From positions 1 through 44,242 of the forward strand of contig JACOVM010000077.1 in NCBI GenBank assembly GCA_016177345.1: 44,242 bases of DNA, read 5' to 3'. The DNA is from Candidatus Woesearchaeota archaeon (GTDB lineage Archaea; Nanobdellota; Nanobdellia; Woesearchaeales; UBA12501). Under the pieces are notes generated by a model. The model had not been told where the DNA came from and ran no database searches. It saw only the letters and a list, made by a program, of their open reading frames with translations. How positions within the stretch are numbered: the first letter of the stretch is position 1; every line of letters starts with the position of its first letter. Positions 20,232 through 28,649 of this stretch are shown piece after piece. Made by a program: the position numbers and the translations under genes.

Positions 20232-20794
20232 TCCTAAAAAAAAAGATAAAAAAGAAGGAAAAGAGCAAGCTAAGAAAGAACAGAAAAGCGCAAATGGAGC
20301 TTATAGGAATAGCTCTTGTTGTTGTCTTAATCGTGTTTGGCTTCCTCTTTTTCCTTGGCAGCATGCTGAAGCCGGCAAAAAAAGAGCATGAGCAATTCGC
20401 AAAAGTTCAGCTCGCCAAAAACATGCTCAATGCGATAGTGAACACCAAAACGCAATGTAACAGCCTTGACTTTATGACGGTCTTAGAGGATTGCGCAACA
20501 AGGGAGCGTCTCGACTGTAGCGGCAGAACATCATGCGAGGTCATCCTTCAAGACTTGGGGGGAGTGAGTGGAGATGATGGAGTGTTGGACATGATGATTC
20601 TTTTTCCATCACTTGCAGACGGTTATCGTTGGCAAGTCCAACGTGGCAGTCCAGGAAGAACAACAGGAATTGTCCATGGATTATCCATAGAAAAGTATTG
20701 CGCACCAAATGCAGACATTGAGGCAGCACACCAGCCAATCCCGATTCAGGGAAACACGATCACGATTGTTATGGAACTATGCACGAACAGGTAA
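20228..20794 (+). CDS. Pilin-like protein (class III signal peptide)
   Basis: Lys-rich leader ...RKNRKA|QMELIGIALVVVLIVFGFLFF; ATGA overlap with the previous gene. Confidence 0.8.
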   Translation: MILKKKIKKKEKSKLRKNRKAQMELIGIALVVVLIVFGFLFFLGSMLKPAKKEHEQFAKVQLAKNMLNAIVNTKTQCNSLDFMTVLEDCATRERLDCSGRTSCEVILQDLGGVSGDDGVLDMMILFPSLADGYRWQVQRGSPGRTTGIVHGLSIEKYCAPNADIEAAHQPIPIQGNTITIVMELCTNR

Positions 20795-20815
20795 GATCAG
20801 GAACAGGTAAGATCA
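20785..20815. repeat. Tandem duplication GAACAGGTAAGATCA x2 spanning a stop codon
   Basis: Copies at 20785-20799 and 20801-20815. Confidence 0.85.
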
Positions 20816-20885
20816 AGTAATCACATCCCTTAATGTTATAACAAGTATATTAATCCCATAAATATCATATATGGACGCTCACCTA

Positions 20886-21200
20886 TGGACGCTCGGGACG
20901 GCATTGATTCACCACGAGTATACCCGTCCCGGCATCCACCTTTCTGGAGTAATGGGTTATTATACACAGTATACCTTGCTTTTTTTTAATCAACCTAATT
21001 AACCAACATAATAAAATAAGGACAATCCCGCCACGACCTGCGGTCGGGCGGGAACGAGTGGCAGATGCGCAACCGCACTACTATTTTAATCCAGATCCTT
21101 TTTTCGTGCTCCACATCCCTTGAGGAGCACGAAAAAAGGACATGATGTCCTCTTCAATAGCGGTTGCGCCCATTCGTAGTCGTTCACGGCGTAGCCGTGA
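20886..21200. ncRNA. Putative structured non-coding element (multi-hairpin RNA or REP/MITE-like), family unknown
   Basis: Stems: 20894-20901/20924-20931; 21026-21053 hairpin; nested 21054-61/21170-77, 21067-76/21160-69 (10 bp perfect), 21096-21112/21124-40 (17 bp perfect); 21184-21200 hairpin. Confidence 0.5.
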
Positions 21201-21290
21201 TCATCATTGTAAAATGGTATAATTGACCTGACATTTGTAGATAAAACTGTTTTGTAGGGGCATACACTGCCATTGATCGTTTCTTCCACA

Positions 21291-21333
21291 GAAAACTTTA
21301 TAAAAGAAAACGCTTGTACTGGGAAAAGAGGTG
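21291..21333 (+). promoter_or_regulatory. BRE/TATA and RBS for the small pilin array
   Basis: GAAAAC-TTTATAAA (TATA 21297-21304); GAGGTG 21328-21333; ATG 21340. Confidence 0.6.
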
Positions 21334-21339
21334 TTGTAT

Positions 21340-21606
21340 ATGTTCATTACCAAACAAAACAAAAAAGCCCAGGGAATGAGCTTAAACGTGGTTATTATCG
21401 CGGCACTTGCTCTTCTAGTCCTGGTAATCTTATCTATTATTCTTGTTGGAAGAATTGGAAAGACGCGGCAAGCTACTGAGGCATGTGTTAACCAAGGTGG
21501 AACATGCGTGGAGAGCGTATTTGCCTGTCAAGGATCGAACTCTCGCGTTGTTTCCGAGTATGCATGCCCAAATGAAGAACTGCCGGTCTGCTGTATCTCA
21601 GTATAG
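21340..21606 (+). CDS. Small pilin with six-Cys head
   Basis: MFITKQNKKA|QGMSLNVVIIAALALLVLVILSII; C-x6-C-x6-C-x12-C-x7-CC. Start set at the ATG after the RBS. Confidence 0.85.
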   Translation: MFITKQNKKAQGMSLNVVIIAALALLVLVILSIILVGRIGKTRQATEACVNQGGTCVESVFACQGSNSRVVSEYACPNEELPVCCISV

Positions 21607-21618
21607 CGAGGCATTGGG

Positions 21619-21897
21619 ATGAGGCGAATGAGGCAGCAAAAAGCCCAGGGCCAGTGGACGCATATTGTTGCTGCAGTCCTTGTCTTAGTTGTTATCGTTG
21701 TTGTTGTTCTTATTTTTACTGGAGTGCTAGGCAAGGCTCGAAAAGACATCAGCCAATGCAAAGGCCTCCTCCAATTTGGAGCGGAGGCACAAGGGAGCTG
21801 CGTTAGGGAGGGAAGCTGTCAGGGAACGATAGTATCTACCTTTGGAGAAAGCTGCCAGAAAGGAGAGGAATGTTGTATTCCCACCTCTAATGGATAA
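21619..21897 (+). CDS. Small pilin with six-Cys head
   Basis: MRQQKA|QGQWTHIVAAVLVLVVIVVVVLIFTG; C-x13-C-x5-C-x11-C-x5-CC. Confidence 0.8.
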   Translation: MRRMRQQKAQGQWTHIVAAVLVLVVIVVVVLIFTGVLGKARKDISQCKGLLQFGAEAQGSCVREGSCQGTIVSTFGESCQKGEECCIPTSNG

Positions 21898-21942
21898 ATA
21901 TGATAAATGATAAACATAATAAATCATAGGGAGGATAAAATT

Positions 21943-22227
21943 ATGATCAAACAAACAAAAGCCCAGGGACTAAGTATGTCGACCATCGTTCTTGCTGTCC
22001 TCGCCCTTGTTGTTCTTGTTATCCTTATTCTCATCTTTACTGGAAAGCTCGGTAGGACTGGGCAGGGTATTGATACGACACGAGACCAGTACACTGGACA
22101 AAATTGTGAGATTCCTGGAACCCCGCGAACGTGCAGGATAGGGGGCTTGGATGAATGTAGAAGGCAAGGCGGAACGGTGTACAGCGGCGCGACCTGCCCG
22201 GCAGGAGGGGTGTGTTGCTCGGTATGA
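21943..22227 (+). CDS. Small pilin with six-Cys head
   Basis: GGAGG RBS, then MIKQTKA|QGLSMSTIVLAVLALVVLVILILIFTG; C-x8-C-x7-C-x12-C-x5-CC. Confidence 0.85.
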   Translation: MIKQTKAQGLSMSTIVLAVLALVVLVILILIFTGKLGRTGQGIDTTRDQYTGQNCEIPGTPRTCRIGGLDECRRQGGTVYSGATCPAGGVCCSV

Positions 22228-22529
22228 TCCCCCTGATATCTCAACGGAAGGCACGTAAAAAAGGCCAGGGATTAAGCCTCAACACGGTTGTTCTTGCAGC
22301 CTTAGCGCTTATTGTGCTCATCATTATCGTTCTCATTCTCACCGGAAAAATTAGGAAGACCAGTGAGGGTATTGATGATACGGGAAAGATTGCTGACGCG
22401 AGTAAGTGTGAGATTCCTGGGGCGCGAACCTGTGTGCTCTATAATGAGTGTGAGACAACAGAATTGTATAGCATGCCCGGATGCACTGCTGGAACGTATT
22501 GCTGTGAAGTTCCGAGGATTCAACGATGA
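22224..22529 (+). CDS. Small pilin with six-Cys head (paralog of the preceding gene)
   Basis: ATGA overlap; RKKG|QGLSLNTVVLAALALIVLIIIVLILTG; C-x7-C-x5-C-x10-C-x5-CC; shares CEIPG..RTC with the preceding gene. Confidence 0.85.
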   Translation: MIPLISQRKARKKGQGLSLNTVVLAALALIVLIIIVLILTGKIRKTSEGIDDTGKIADASKCEIPGARTCVLYNECETTELYSMPGCTAGTYCCEVPRIQR

Positions 22530-23596
22530 AAGGAAGGAAGGGAACGCTGACCTGGACCCAAATTGCAGCCGCAGCCTTAATGGTTCTTGTTGTCATCGCA
22601 GTAGCATACCTTCTGGGAACTTCTATTAAAACAGGGAAAAAAAGCATTGAGGGATGTGTCAATAATGGGGGAACATGCGTTGCCGAGGGAGAGGCATGCC
22701 CAGAAGACTACCACCAGACTGACGCGCTTCAATGCTTTGGAAAGAGAACCTGCTGCATGCCAAGCCTCCTTACCAGAGGGAGAGGCCAGGCTGGAAAAAA
22801 CCAGACAGCGCCACTCCAGCCAACTCCTGTTTCTGAACAAGAAAAGAAGATTGCGGATGCGGAGGCTCTTGTAGATGCAAGGCGCATTGATGATGCAGCC
22901 AATGTTCTCGAATCAGTGCGAGATGACGATACAGCATCAAGAGAAATACGGGTAAAAGCAGCATTTAAGCTTGCCATGCTTCCATTTCGGATTATAGAAA
23001 AAGATGTTATTTATATCGATGAACCAACAAAAATTGTAGATACCGTTCAGGTGTTCTGCGAGAATTTCGAAACAGTAAAAAGCCGCTATGATGATGTTGT
23101 GGATGAAGAACCACTCATTTCTGCCGAGCCAATACCGTTTGCATGGCAGCTCAGCTGCATTTTAGGGCGATTTAGAAGCCAGCCGCCATTACTGCCGGTG
23201 GAAATAGAGCTCCGCAACGCGTTTGCTGAAAAGAATTATTGCGGCATGTCATTAACCACTGATATAAGTTCAGAGTGCGAGGCAGCGTTTCCAGGCTGGT
23301 TTATCTCGGAAGATCATACCGCATGGTTTGAACGCTACCGAGAGGAAAAGGAGACTAATCTGCCAGGTATGGATTATACCATGCAATGTTATTATGGCCT
23401 AGCGCTTTTGAGAACTTACTCTGATCAGTTTTATCGACTTGTTGAGCTTCGCTATGATAAGGTTATCCCCTGCGATATGCTCACCATGATAGAAGAGCGA
23501 GGCCCTGACTTGCCTGAAAAGTATTGCAAGGAGCTCTTAGCGCTTGTTCAATCATCATTCCCGATTGATATGGAAGAATGCACTCCAAACGCCTAA
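22526..23596 (+). CDS. Pilin-like protein with six-Cys head plus helical (TPR-like) C-terminal extension
   Basis: MKGRKG|TLTWTQIAAAALMVLVVIAVAYLLG; CVNNGGTC-x6-C-x11-C-x5-CC; helical segment IADAEALVDARRIDDAANVLESV. Confidence 0.75.
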   Translation: MKGRKGTLTWTQIAAAALMVLVVIAVAYLLGTSIKTGKKSIEGCVNNGGTCVAEGEACPEDYHQTDALQCFGKRTCCMPSLLTRGRGQAGKNQTAPLQPTPVSEQEKKIADAEALVDARRIDDAANVLESVRDDDTASREIRVKAAFKLAMLPFRIIEKDVIYIDEPTKIVDTVQVFCENFETVKSRYDDVVDEEPLISAEPIPFAWQLSCILGRFRSQPPLLPVEIELRNAFAEKNYCGMSLTTDISSECEAAFPGWFISEDHTAWFERYREEKETNLPGMDYTMQCYYGLALLRTYSDQFYRLVELRYDKVIPCDMLTMIEERGPDLPEKYCKELLALVQSSFPIDMEECTPNA

Positions 23597-23629
23597 TTAC
23601 CCGTCTTTAACTCTTTTTATTAATCCTTT

Positions 23630-24385
23630 TTATCCAGTACCGCAATAAATAACCTCACCATTTTTTACGACAACAAGAAATCCCTGTTTCGCTCGTGCCC
23701 ACCGCTCTCTTGTCAGCTTCGTCATGGAGACAACAAAGCATGGGCCATCCTCCGTATACCCCTGTTTCTTATATTGCTGTAATGTCCAATACCTGTTAAA
23801 TCCATGGATGTCATGATAAAAGAAGAGAAAGCTGCCATCAGAAAACAAGAGGTTCATCTTTCCATATCTTTTCTTGGCTGTTTCGAAATCCTTGTTTATC
23901 ACTCTCAATGTTTTTGCAAGCCATGCCATCGATTCCCTTGTCCATGCCTTAATCTTCTTTTTCTCAATCCAATAAAGTAGATGGCAGAAGATACGCTCTG
24001 AGTCAGTTTGGCCATAGGGGGTGAATCGCCCTATGGGAAGCTGAGAGGTATGATCGAGATGGCCATTATGGGCGAAGACATACTCTTTTCCAAAGAGGCT
24101 GCGATGGAATGGATGAGTATTCTCACAAACAATGCCACCAATACTTGCTCCGCGAAGGTGGGCGATAACCATGTTGGTTCTTGCTGTTGAATGGCTCTTT
24201 AGAAACCGCTCTGCTGTTGAACAGCCTGCCTTTCGTGGTGATTTTGTTACAACAGCTTTCTTTCCCCAGTACCAGGCAACACCCCACCCATCGGGGTTAT
24301 ACCTTCCTCTCTTAAAAAATAATCGCCAGAGGCGCTCGTCCAAAGGCAAAGGCTTGCTCGTTGAAATGCCAAGCATGTCACACAT
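23630..24385 (-). CDS. Class II glutamine amidotransferase (Ntn hydrolase, YafJ/EgtC-like)
   Basis: N-terminal catalytic Cys (MCDMLG), NPDGWG, IAHLR, NTHPF, FAHNG, GQTDSE. Confidence 0.9.
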   Translation of the reverse strand: MCDMLGISTSKPLPLDERLWRLFFKRGRYNPDGWGVAWYWGKKAVVTKSPRKAGCSTAERFLKSHSTARTNMVIAHLRGASIGGIVCENTHPFHRSLFGKEYVFAHNGHLDHTSQLPIGRFTPYGQTDSERIFCHLLYWIEKKKIKAWTRESMAWLAKTLRVINKDFETAKKRYGKMNLLFSDGSFLFFYHDIHGFNRYWTLQQYKKQGYTEDGPCFVVSMTKLTRERWARAKQGFLVVVKNGEVIYCGTG

Positions 24386-24504
24386 ACTAATAATTATGAG
24401 AAAGCCTCTTTATAATAGTTTGGGGTTATTAGTTAGGAGTTTGGAGAACGCACTGAACAAACATCATAACTCTTAACTCCTTGCCTAAACTTGCAGGGAC
24501 AATA

Positions 24505-24512
24505 TTTATAAA
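24505..24512 (+). promoter_or_regulatory. TATA box restarting the + strand pilin operon
   Basis: TTTATAAA ~23 nt before ATG 24535. Confidence 0.55.
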
Positions 24513-24534
24513 GCGTATTCTGCTCAACACTAAT

Positions 24535-24669
24535 ATGGCATGGCAAGCCAGACCTTGGCAAGAAAAAGGCGAGATGATCGACCGAACGATCGGCATTATT
24601 TTGGCAGTAGCGCTGATTATTACGTTTATGGCCGTGCTCATCTACGTTCTTAAGAGGGCCATAGGATGA
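24535..24669 (+). CDS. Minimal (44 aa) Flp-like pilin
   Basis: MAWQARPWQEKG|EMIDRTIGIILAVALIITFMAVLIYVLKRAIG; TATA upstream; ATGA overlap with the next gene. Confidence 0.65.
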   Translation: MAWQARPWQEKGEMIDRTIGIILAVALIITFMAVLIYVLKRAIG

Positions 24670-25442
24670 CAAGAATAATGATAAGAACAGCAGGAAAAGG
24701 GGAAGTAGAGCACCATTTGCTATATATCATCCTTGGCCTTGTTGGCTTTTTTCTTATCCTCACCTTTATTATGAGCACTTTATTTAGAATTCAAGAGCCT
24801 GCAGGAGATGAAACCTGCCGAGATGCACTCATTTTTACAGATTATGTTGCAACAAAGCTCAAGGCAGAAAGCCTGAAGCCATTTCCAAAAGCCTGCGAAT
24901 ATGAACAGGTTGAGCTGAAATCAAAAAATCCTATTGATGTTGAAAAAGATATGGTCAAGCTGATGGAGCGGTGCTGGTACAAGATGGGATCTGGAAAGAT
25001 TGAACCATTTGATAGATCCAAGGTATTTTTTGAAACCAACTGCTTTATCTGCTTTATAGCAAGCGTACCAAACATGGAAGGAAGTATTGATGACGATGCG
25101 TTTACCGCACATCTCCAAAGTATTTACCGGACTGAGGGGCAGCGGTATTTTGAATATTTTGGCCTTGACAAAAATCCAGGGGTTGCCTCATTTGGAATCC
25201 CCCTTGGCAAGGTGAACGATGTCAATGTGATTACAGAGCCGATCACAAACGAAAAGCAGTACGCGATTGTCTATATTGATGTTGCAACGCCAGAAGCACA
25301 GGCAAAGCCAGCAGAGCTTATTTCAGATAAAAAGCCAGTTCACGTGAGCAAGCTGTACATTGCTGAATTGAATGACGCTAAAGAGTGTTACGATCCATCA
25401 TGGTTTGTAACCGTTGGGGACACAAGAGCCAGAGGGGATTAG
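24666..25442 (+). CDS. Pilin-like protein (class III signal peptide)
   Basis: RTAGKG|EVEHHLLYIILGLVGFFLILTFI; Cys motifs ERCWYKMG and NCFICF. Confidence 0.7.
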   Translation: MTRIMIRTAGKGEVEHHLLYIILGLVGFFLILTFIMSTLFRIQEPAGDETCRDALIFTDYVATKLKAESLKPFPKACEYEQVELKSKNPIDVEKDMVKLMERCWYKMGSGKIEPFDRSKVFFETNCFICFIASVPNMEGSIDDDAFTAHLQSIYRTEGQRYFEYFGLDKNPGVASFGIPLGKVNDVNVITEPITNEKQYAIVYIDVATPEAQAKPAELISDKKPVHVSKLYIAELNDAKECYDPSWFVTVGDTRARGD

Positions 25443-25446
25443 GACT

Positions 25447-25662
25447 ATGATAAAAATAAAGAGGAAGCCATCAATACATTGGTACTTATCTAGGCGTTTA
25501 TGGAATTCAAGAAAGGCGCAAGATACTTCGCTCCCCATGAAGTACATTGTCGGATTAATCCTTCTCGCCATTGCCCTTATACTCTTCATCATGCTCTATG
25601 TTGGTTGGATTCCCTCACCTGATGATATCGTCAATAAGCTTGTTGGGATTATACGGAGATGA
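25447..25662 (+). CDS. Minimal pilin-like protein
   Basis: ..WNSRKA|QDTSLPMKYIVGLILLAIALILFIMLYVGW; start uncertain. Confidence 0.7.
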   Translation: MIKIKRKPSIHWYLSRRLWNSRKAQDTSLPMKYIVGLILLAIALILFIMLYVGWIPSPDDIVNKLVGIIRR

Positions 25663-25683
25663 CAAAGATAATATGAGCGGAAT

Positions 25684-26409
25684 ATGGGCGGGATAGAAAC
25701 TATGGCAACGAATAAACAACCATCACGACTTCCATCTTCTTCATCAAGCCTCTTACAGGCCAAAAAGGGATCATTTGGGGCTATTGCAGGCCTGGTCATC
25801 TCAATTCTCGTCCTTATTGTCATGATTATCCTGTACGGCAGCCAATTTTTTGCTCCAATCGCAAAGCACACTGGCTTTTTGAAAGAGGAATTTGAGCATA
25901 AAGGCCCCATCATTACTGATTTTCCAGTTGAGGCGTACCATGACCTCATTCAGGAAACAGTGGGGGAGGACTTTGTTTTTGTTGTTGGATTCGATCTCGA
26001 GGTAGATGTTGGAAACTGGTTTAGCAATGAACAGTACACCGCAATAAAAAAGCATACCAGCTTGAGAAGCCTAGACACTGAAAATGAACAGCTTCAAATT
26101 ACCTCAATCAAGACAGACAAAGGGCTTACAAAGGTCCAGGCAATTGAAGAGCTTACCGGGATTGTGGTGCTATTCAAGAAGCAAGGCATGGCGAATTCAG
26201 TTATCGTGGGAATTGATGATGATCCAGAAATCGGAAAAGACCTCATCTTTTCAGTTCCAGAAACAACCCCTGAAGGAACAATAAAAATGGACATTAATGG
26301 CAATCCATTGTCAACACCGGTCGGAAAGCTCACCGTGAAGGCAATAGAAGGAACCGCAATCAACTACACTATTGTTCCATTTGTGGAAACCGGAGGAATC
26401 GTCACATGA
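25684..26409 (+). CDS. Pilin-like protein (class III signal peptide)
   Basis: ..QAKKG|SFGAIAGLVISILVLIVMIILYG. Confidence 0.7.
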   Translation: MGGIETMATNKQPSRLPSSSSSLLQAKKGSFGAIAGLVISILVLIVMIILYGSQFFAPIAKHTGFLKEEFEHKGPIITDFPVEAYHDLIQETVGEDFVFVVGFDLEVDVGNWFSNEQYTAIKKHTSLRSLDTENEQLQITSIKTDKGLTKVQAIEELTGIVVLFKKQGMANSVIVGIDDDPEIGKDLIFSVPETTPEGTIKMDINGNPLSTPVGKLTVKAIEGTAINYTIVPFVETGGIVT

Positions 26410-26807
26410 AGTACCATGGAGGGCTTGGCCATATAAAGAATAGTGCCTTAAAGAATAATGTCTTAAAGAATAGTGTCTTTGGAAAAGCAAGAAAAGGGGA
26501 GCTGGGCTTTAGCCAGATCGCCAGCCTTGCCATTGTTCTTTTGGTCATTATCGCTATTGCAGTTGCTATTATCCCCCAGATCTCCAAAAAAGGAAAGACC
26601 ATAGAAAACATCACTATCCTCACAACAGGAGACTTGGACGGGGATGGTGTTCCAAATGGGCTTGATCGGTGCTGCCCGGCGCAGTGTAAAGCAGACAGGT
26701 CTGAATTAGAAACACTTGCACCATCGGATAAACGATACGGCTGTGCCCCATGGCAGCAGTCAGTTGCGTGTGAGGATACGTTGACGAATTGTGGCACCGC
26801 TGCATAA
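26406..26807 (+). CDS. Small pilin-like protein with a Ca-binding DxDxDG (thrombospondin type 3-like) motif
   Basis: KARKG|ELGFSQIASLAIVLLVIIAIAVAII; GDLDGDGVPNGLDRCC. Confidence 0.75.
   Translation: MKYHGGLGHIKNSALKNNVLKNSVFGKARKGELGFSQIASLAIVLLVIIAIAVAIIPQISKKGKTIENITILTTGDLDGDGVPNGLDRCCPAQCKADRSELETLAPSDKRYGCAPWQQSVACEDTLTNCGTAA
26434..26478. repeat. 3 x 15-nt in-frame tandem repeat in a pilin leader peptide
   Basis: TAAAGAATAGTGCCT / TAAAGAATAATGTCT / TAAAGAATAGTGTCT, encoding KNSAL-KNNVL-KNSVF. Confidence 0.85.
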
Positions 26808-26882
26808 TTATGGTTTATCAATGGTTTATCACTTCAGTAGTTCCTTTTGAATTGTAACTGAATTGTAAAAGAGGGTGATGAA

Positions 26883-28088
26883 ATGCTTCGACAGTTATTC
26901 CAGTCAAAGAAGGCAACACTTGACTTTGTCCTCGGTCTTATTCTTATGATTGCACTCGTAACAGCAACAGCCATGATAGGGTTCAAGATTTTTAAGTTTG
27001 GCACTGGAGGGGCAGGATTAAAATCACTGAACAAGTTTGCAGCAAGTATCGACGAGTTTAGCACAGCAGGGCAAGGGTCAAGCTCCTCTGTTGTCCTTGA
27101 AATTGAAGAAGGGGATGTTGTTTTCGGATTTTCAAAATATGATGCTCCTTTGATGAAGATGTACAATCCAACAGTGGCAGGTATTGGCGACAGCATGACG
27201 GTGCTCCATAAATTTATCCGAAAGCCCACAGAATGTGAGAGCGGGCTTGCCTGCATCTGCTATTGTGAGGGGCATTCAACCCATGACGAGCTTGAAGCAA
27301 CCTGCTCTGCTATGGCTTGTAAGAGTATAGACGGAGTAAACTTTCAACGAATAACTGACCAGGCACTCTTGGTTCCATCTGACGACTACCTTTGGACAGG
27401 CACGAGCATGGATAGCCATCCCTTGCTGAATGGGTTTGCATTGTATAACCGAGAGACCTTGTTTCCAAAAGTTGCCTTTGATCCTGCTCCAAATGCTCTT
27501 GTCAACATGAGAAAGCCGCTTGGGGAGCTTACCCATATTCGTATCGAAAAGGGAAAAGATGACCTTGTTGCAATCTGTGTTTACCAGGAAGGGCGACAAT
27601 GCCTTAGTGAGGAAATGGAGAAAAGTTACAACGTGGCAAAAAAGACCCAAGATGCGATAAAGGCAATCGAGCAAGATATTACTGACAATAATTACGGCCA
27701 GGCTGTTCAACGCCTGAATGTTCTTCTCAGTGATAGAGAACTGTTAGAACAATTAGACAGTTATACTGCTGAAAAGCTGTATTACCTCAAAGGTATTGCA
27801 CATCTTGGAACCAAGGAATATGGCCTTGCAGAAGAATCGTTTGAGAAAAGCATTGACGTGGCAGAAATAGGAATGTTTACTGCTGATGCCAAAGCAAAAT
27901 TAGATGACGCAGTACGATTGAAGGAATGCAAGGAACTCACCTGCGAACAGCTTTCTACAAGCGAATGCGAAACAAACACGTGCGGCATTCCTTGTATTGT
28001 TATGGAAAAAACAGTGCATGAAGGAGAAGAGCCTCTAACAACAACACAAAAATACTGTACAACCCCTTCACTGGATATACTTACATAA
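26883..28088 (+). CDS. Pilin-like protein with C-terminal TPR and Cys-rich segment
   Basis: QSKKA|TLDFVLGLILMIALVTATAMIG; TPR-like AEKLYYLKGIAHLGTKEYGLAEESFEKSI; GGTGA RBS. Confidence 0.75.
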   Translation: MLRQLFQSKKATLDFVLGLILMIALVTATAMIGFKIFKFGTGGAGLKSLNKFAASIDEFSTAGQGSSSSVVLEIEEGDVVFGFSKYDAPLMKMYNPTVAGIGDSMTVLHKFIRKPTECESGLACICYCEGHSTHDELEATCSAMACKSIDGVNFQRITDQALLVPSDDYLWTGTSMDSHPLLNGFALYNRETLFPKVAFDPAPNALVNMRKPLGELTHIRIEKGKDDLVAICVYQEGRQCLSEEMEKSYNVAKKTQDAIKAIEQDITDNNYGQAVQRLNVLLSDRELLEQLDSYTAEKLYYLKGIAHLGTKEYGLAEESFEKSIDVAEIGMFTADAKAKLDDAVRLKECKELTCEQLSTSECETNTCGIPCIVMEKTVHEGEEPLTTTQKYCTTPSLDILT

Positions 28089-28135
28089 CAACTACATAAT
28101 TACTACTACATAATTACTGTAACATAACTACTACA
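28082..28135. repeat. Degenerate (ACT)ACATAA(TT) tandem repeats at a gene junction
   Basis: TACATAACAACTACATAATTACTACTACATAATTACTGTAACATAACTACTACAT. Confidence 0.65.
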
Positions 28136-28163
28136 TGGCCAGAAAGGCAAACAGGCGGCGATC

Positions 28164-28649
28164 ATGAAAGCATGGGCAAGAAAAGGAAATGTACTGTTCA
28201 CTATCGCAGAACTTGTTATCGCAGCAGTAGTTGTTTTTCTATTTATTAACGGAGCCTTAAAGGTGGCAACAAGCACGGCATCACAACGCAATTTTCTGGC
28301 AAATGATATTGCCACTACCATGAGCACACTCCATTCTGTGCCAGGTGATGCAACTTATATATATAAACAGGAGAGCCTTCAGAAGTATAAGTTCACAATC
28401 CAAACAGGCCTGGTAAAGGTAAGCGAGCCAGCAGCTAGTGTCATGGGAGAAGCGGTACAAACTATCGCAGTATACCCTGGTGCAGAAAAGGAAATGAGGT
28501 CTACCGTTATTGCATTTGCGCCAAGCCTTCAGCTGGTAAAAACAGGAAAGCTTGTTCATATCCAGAGCTCTCCTGAATATGAGATCCTGGAAGAACAAGC
28601 GCCAGATGTTTCCACAAGCCGTGCTACCTGTAGTGGAGACTGTGGCTAA
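28164..28649 (+). CDS. Pilin-like protein (class III signal peptide)
   Basis: MKAWARKG|NVLFTIAELVIAAVVVFLFI. Confidence 0.75.
   Translation: MKAWARKGNVLFTIAELVIAAVVVFLFINGALKVATSTASQRNFLANDIATTMSTLHSVPGDATYIYKQESLQKYKFTIQTGLVKVSEPAASVMGEAVQTIAVYPGAEKEMRSTVIAFAPSLQLVKTGKLVHIQSSPEYEILEEQAPDVSTSRATCSGDCG

Noticed and set aside
21086..21289. 67-aa minus-strand ORF in the intergenic gap
   Set aside because: No recognisable motif; it runs through long perfect inverted repeats better explained as nucleic-acid structure.
20795..21296. tRNA, SRP RNA or RNase P RNA in the structured gap
   Set aside because: No cloverleaf/TTCRA loop, SRP helix-8 motif or GAGGAAAGTCC-type RNase P signature recognised on either strand.
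21340..22756. Diversity-generating retroelement acting on pilin heads
   Set aside because: No reverse transcriptase and no ~100-nt TR/VR pair with adenine-specific mismatches; similarity is limited to short paralogous stretches.
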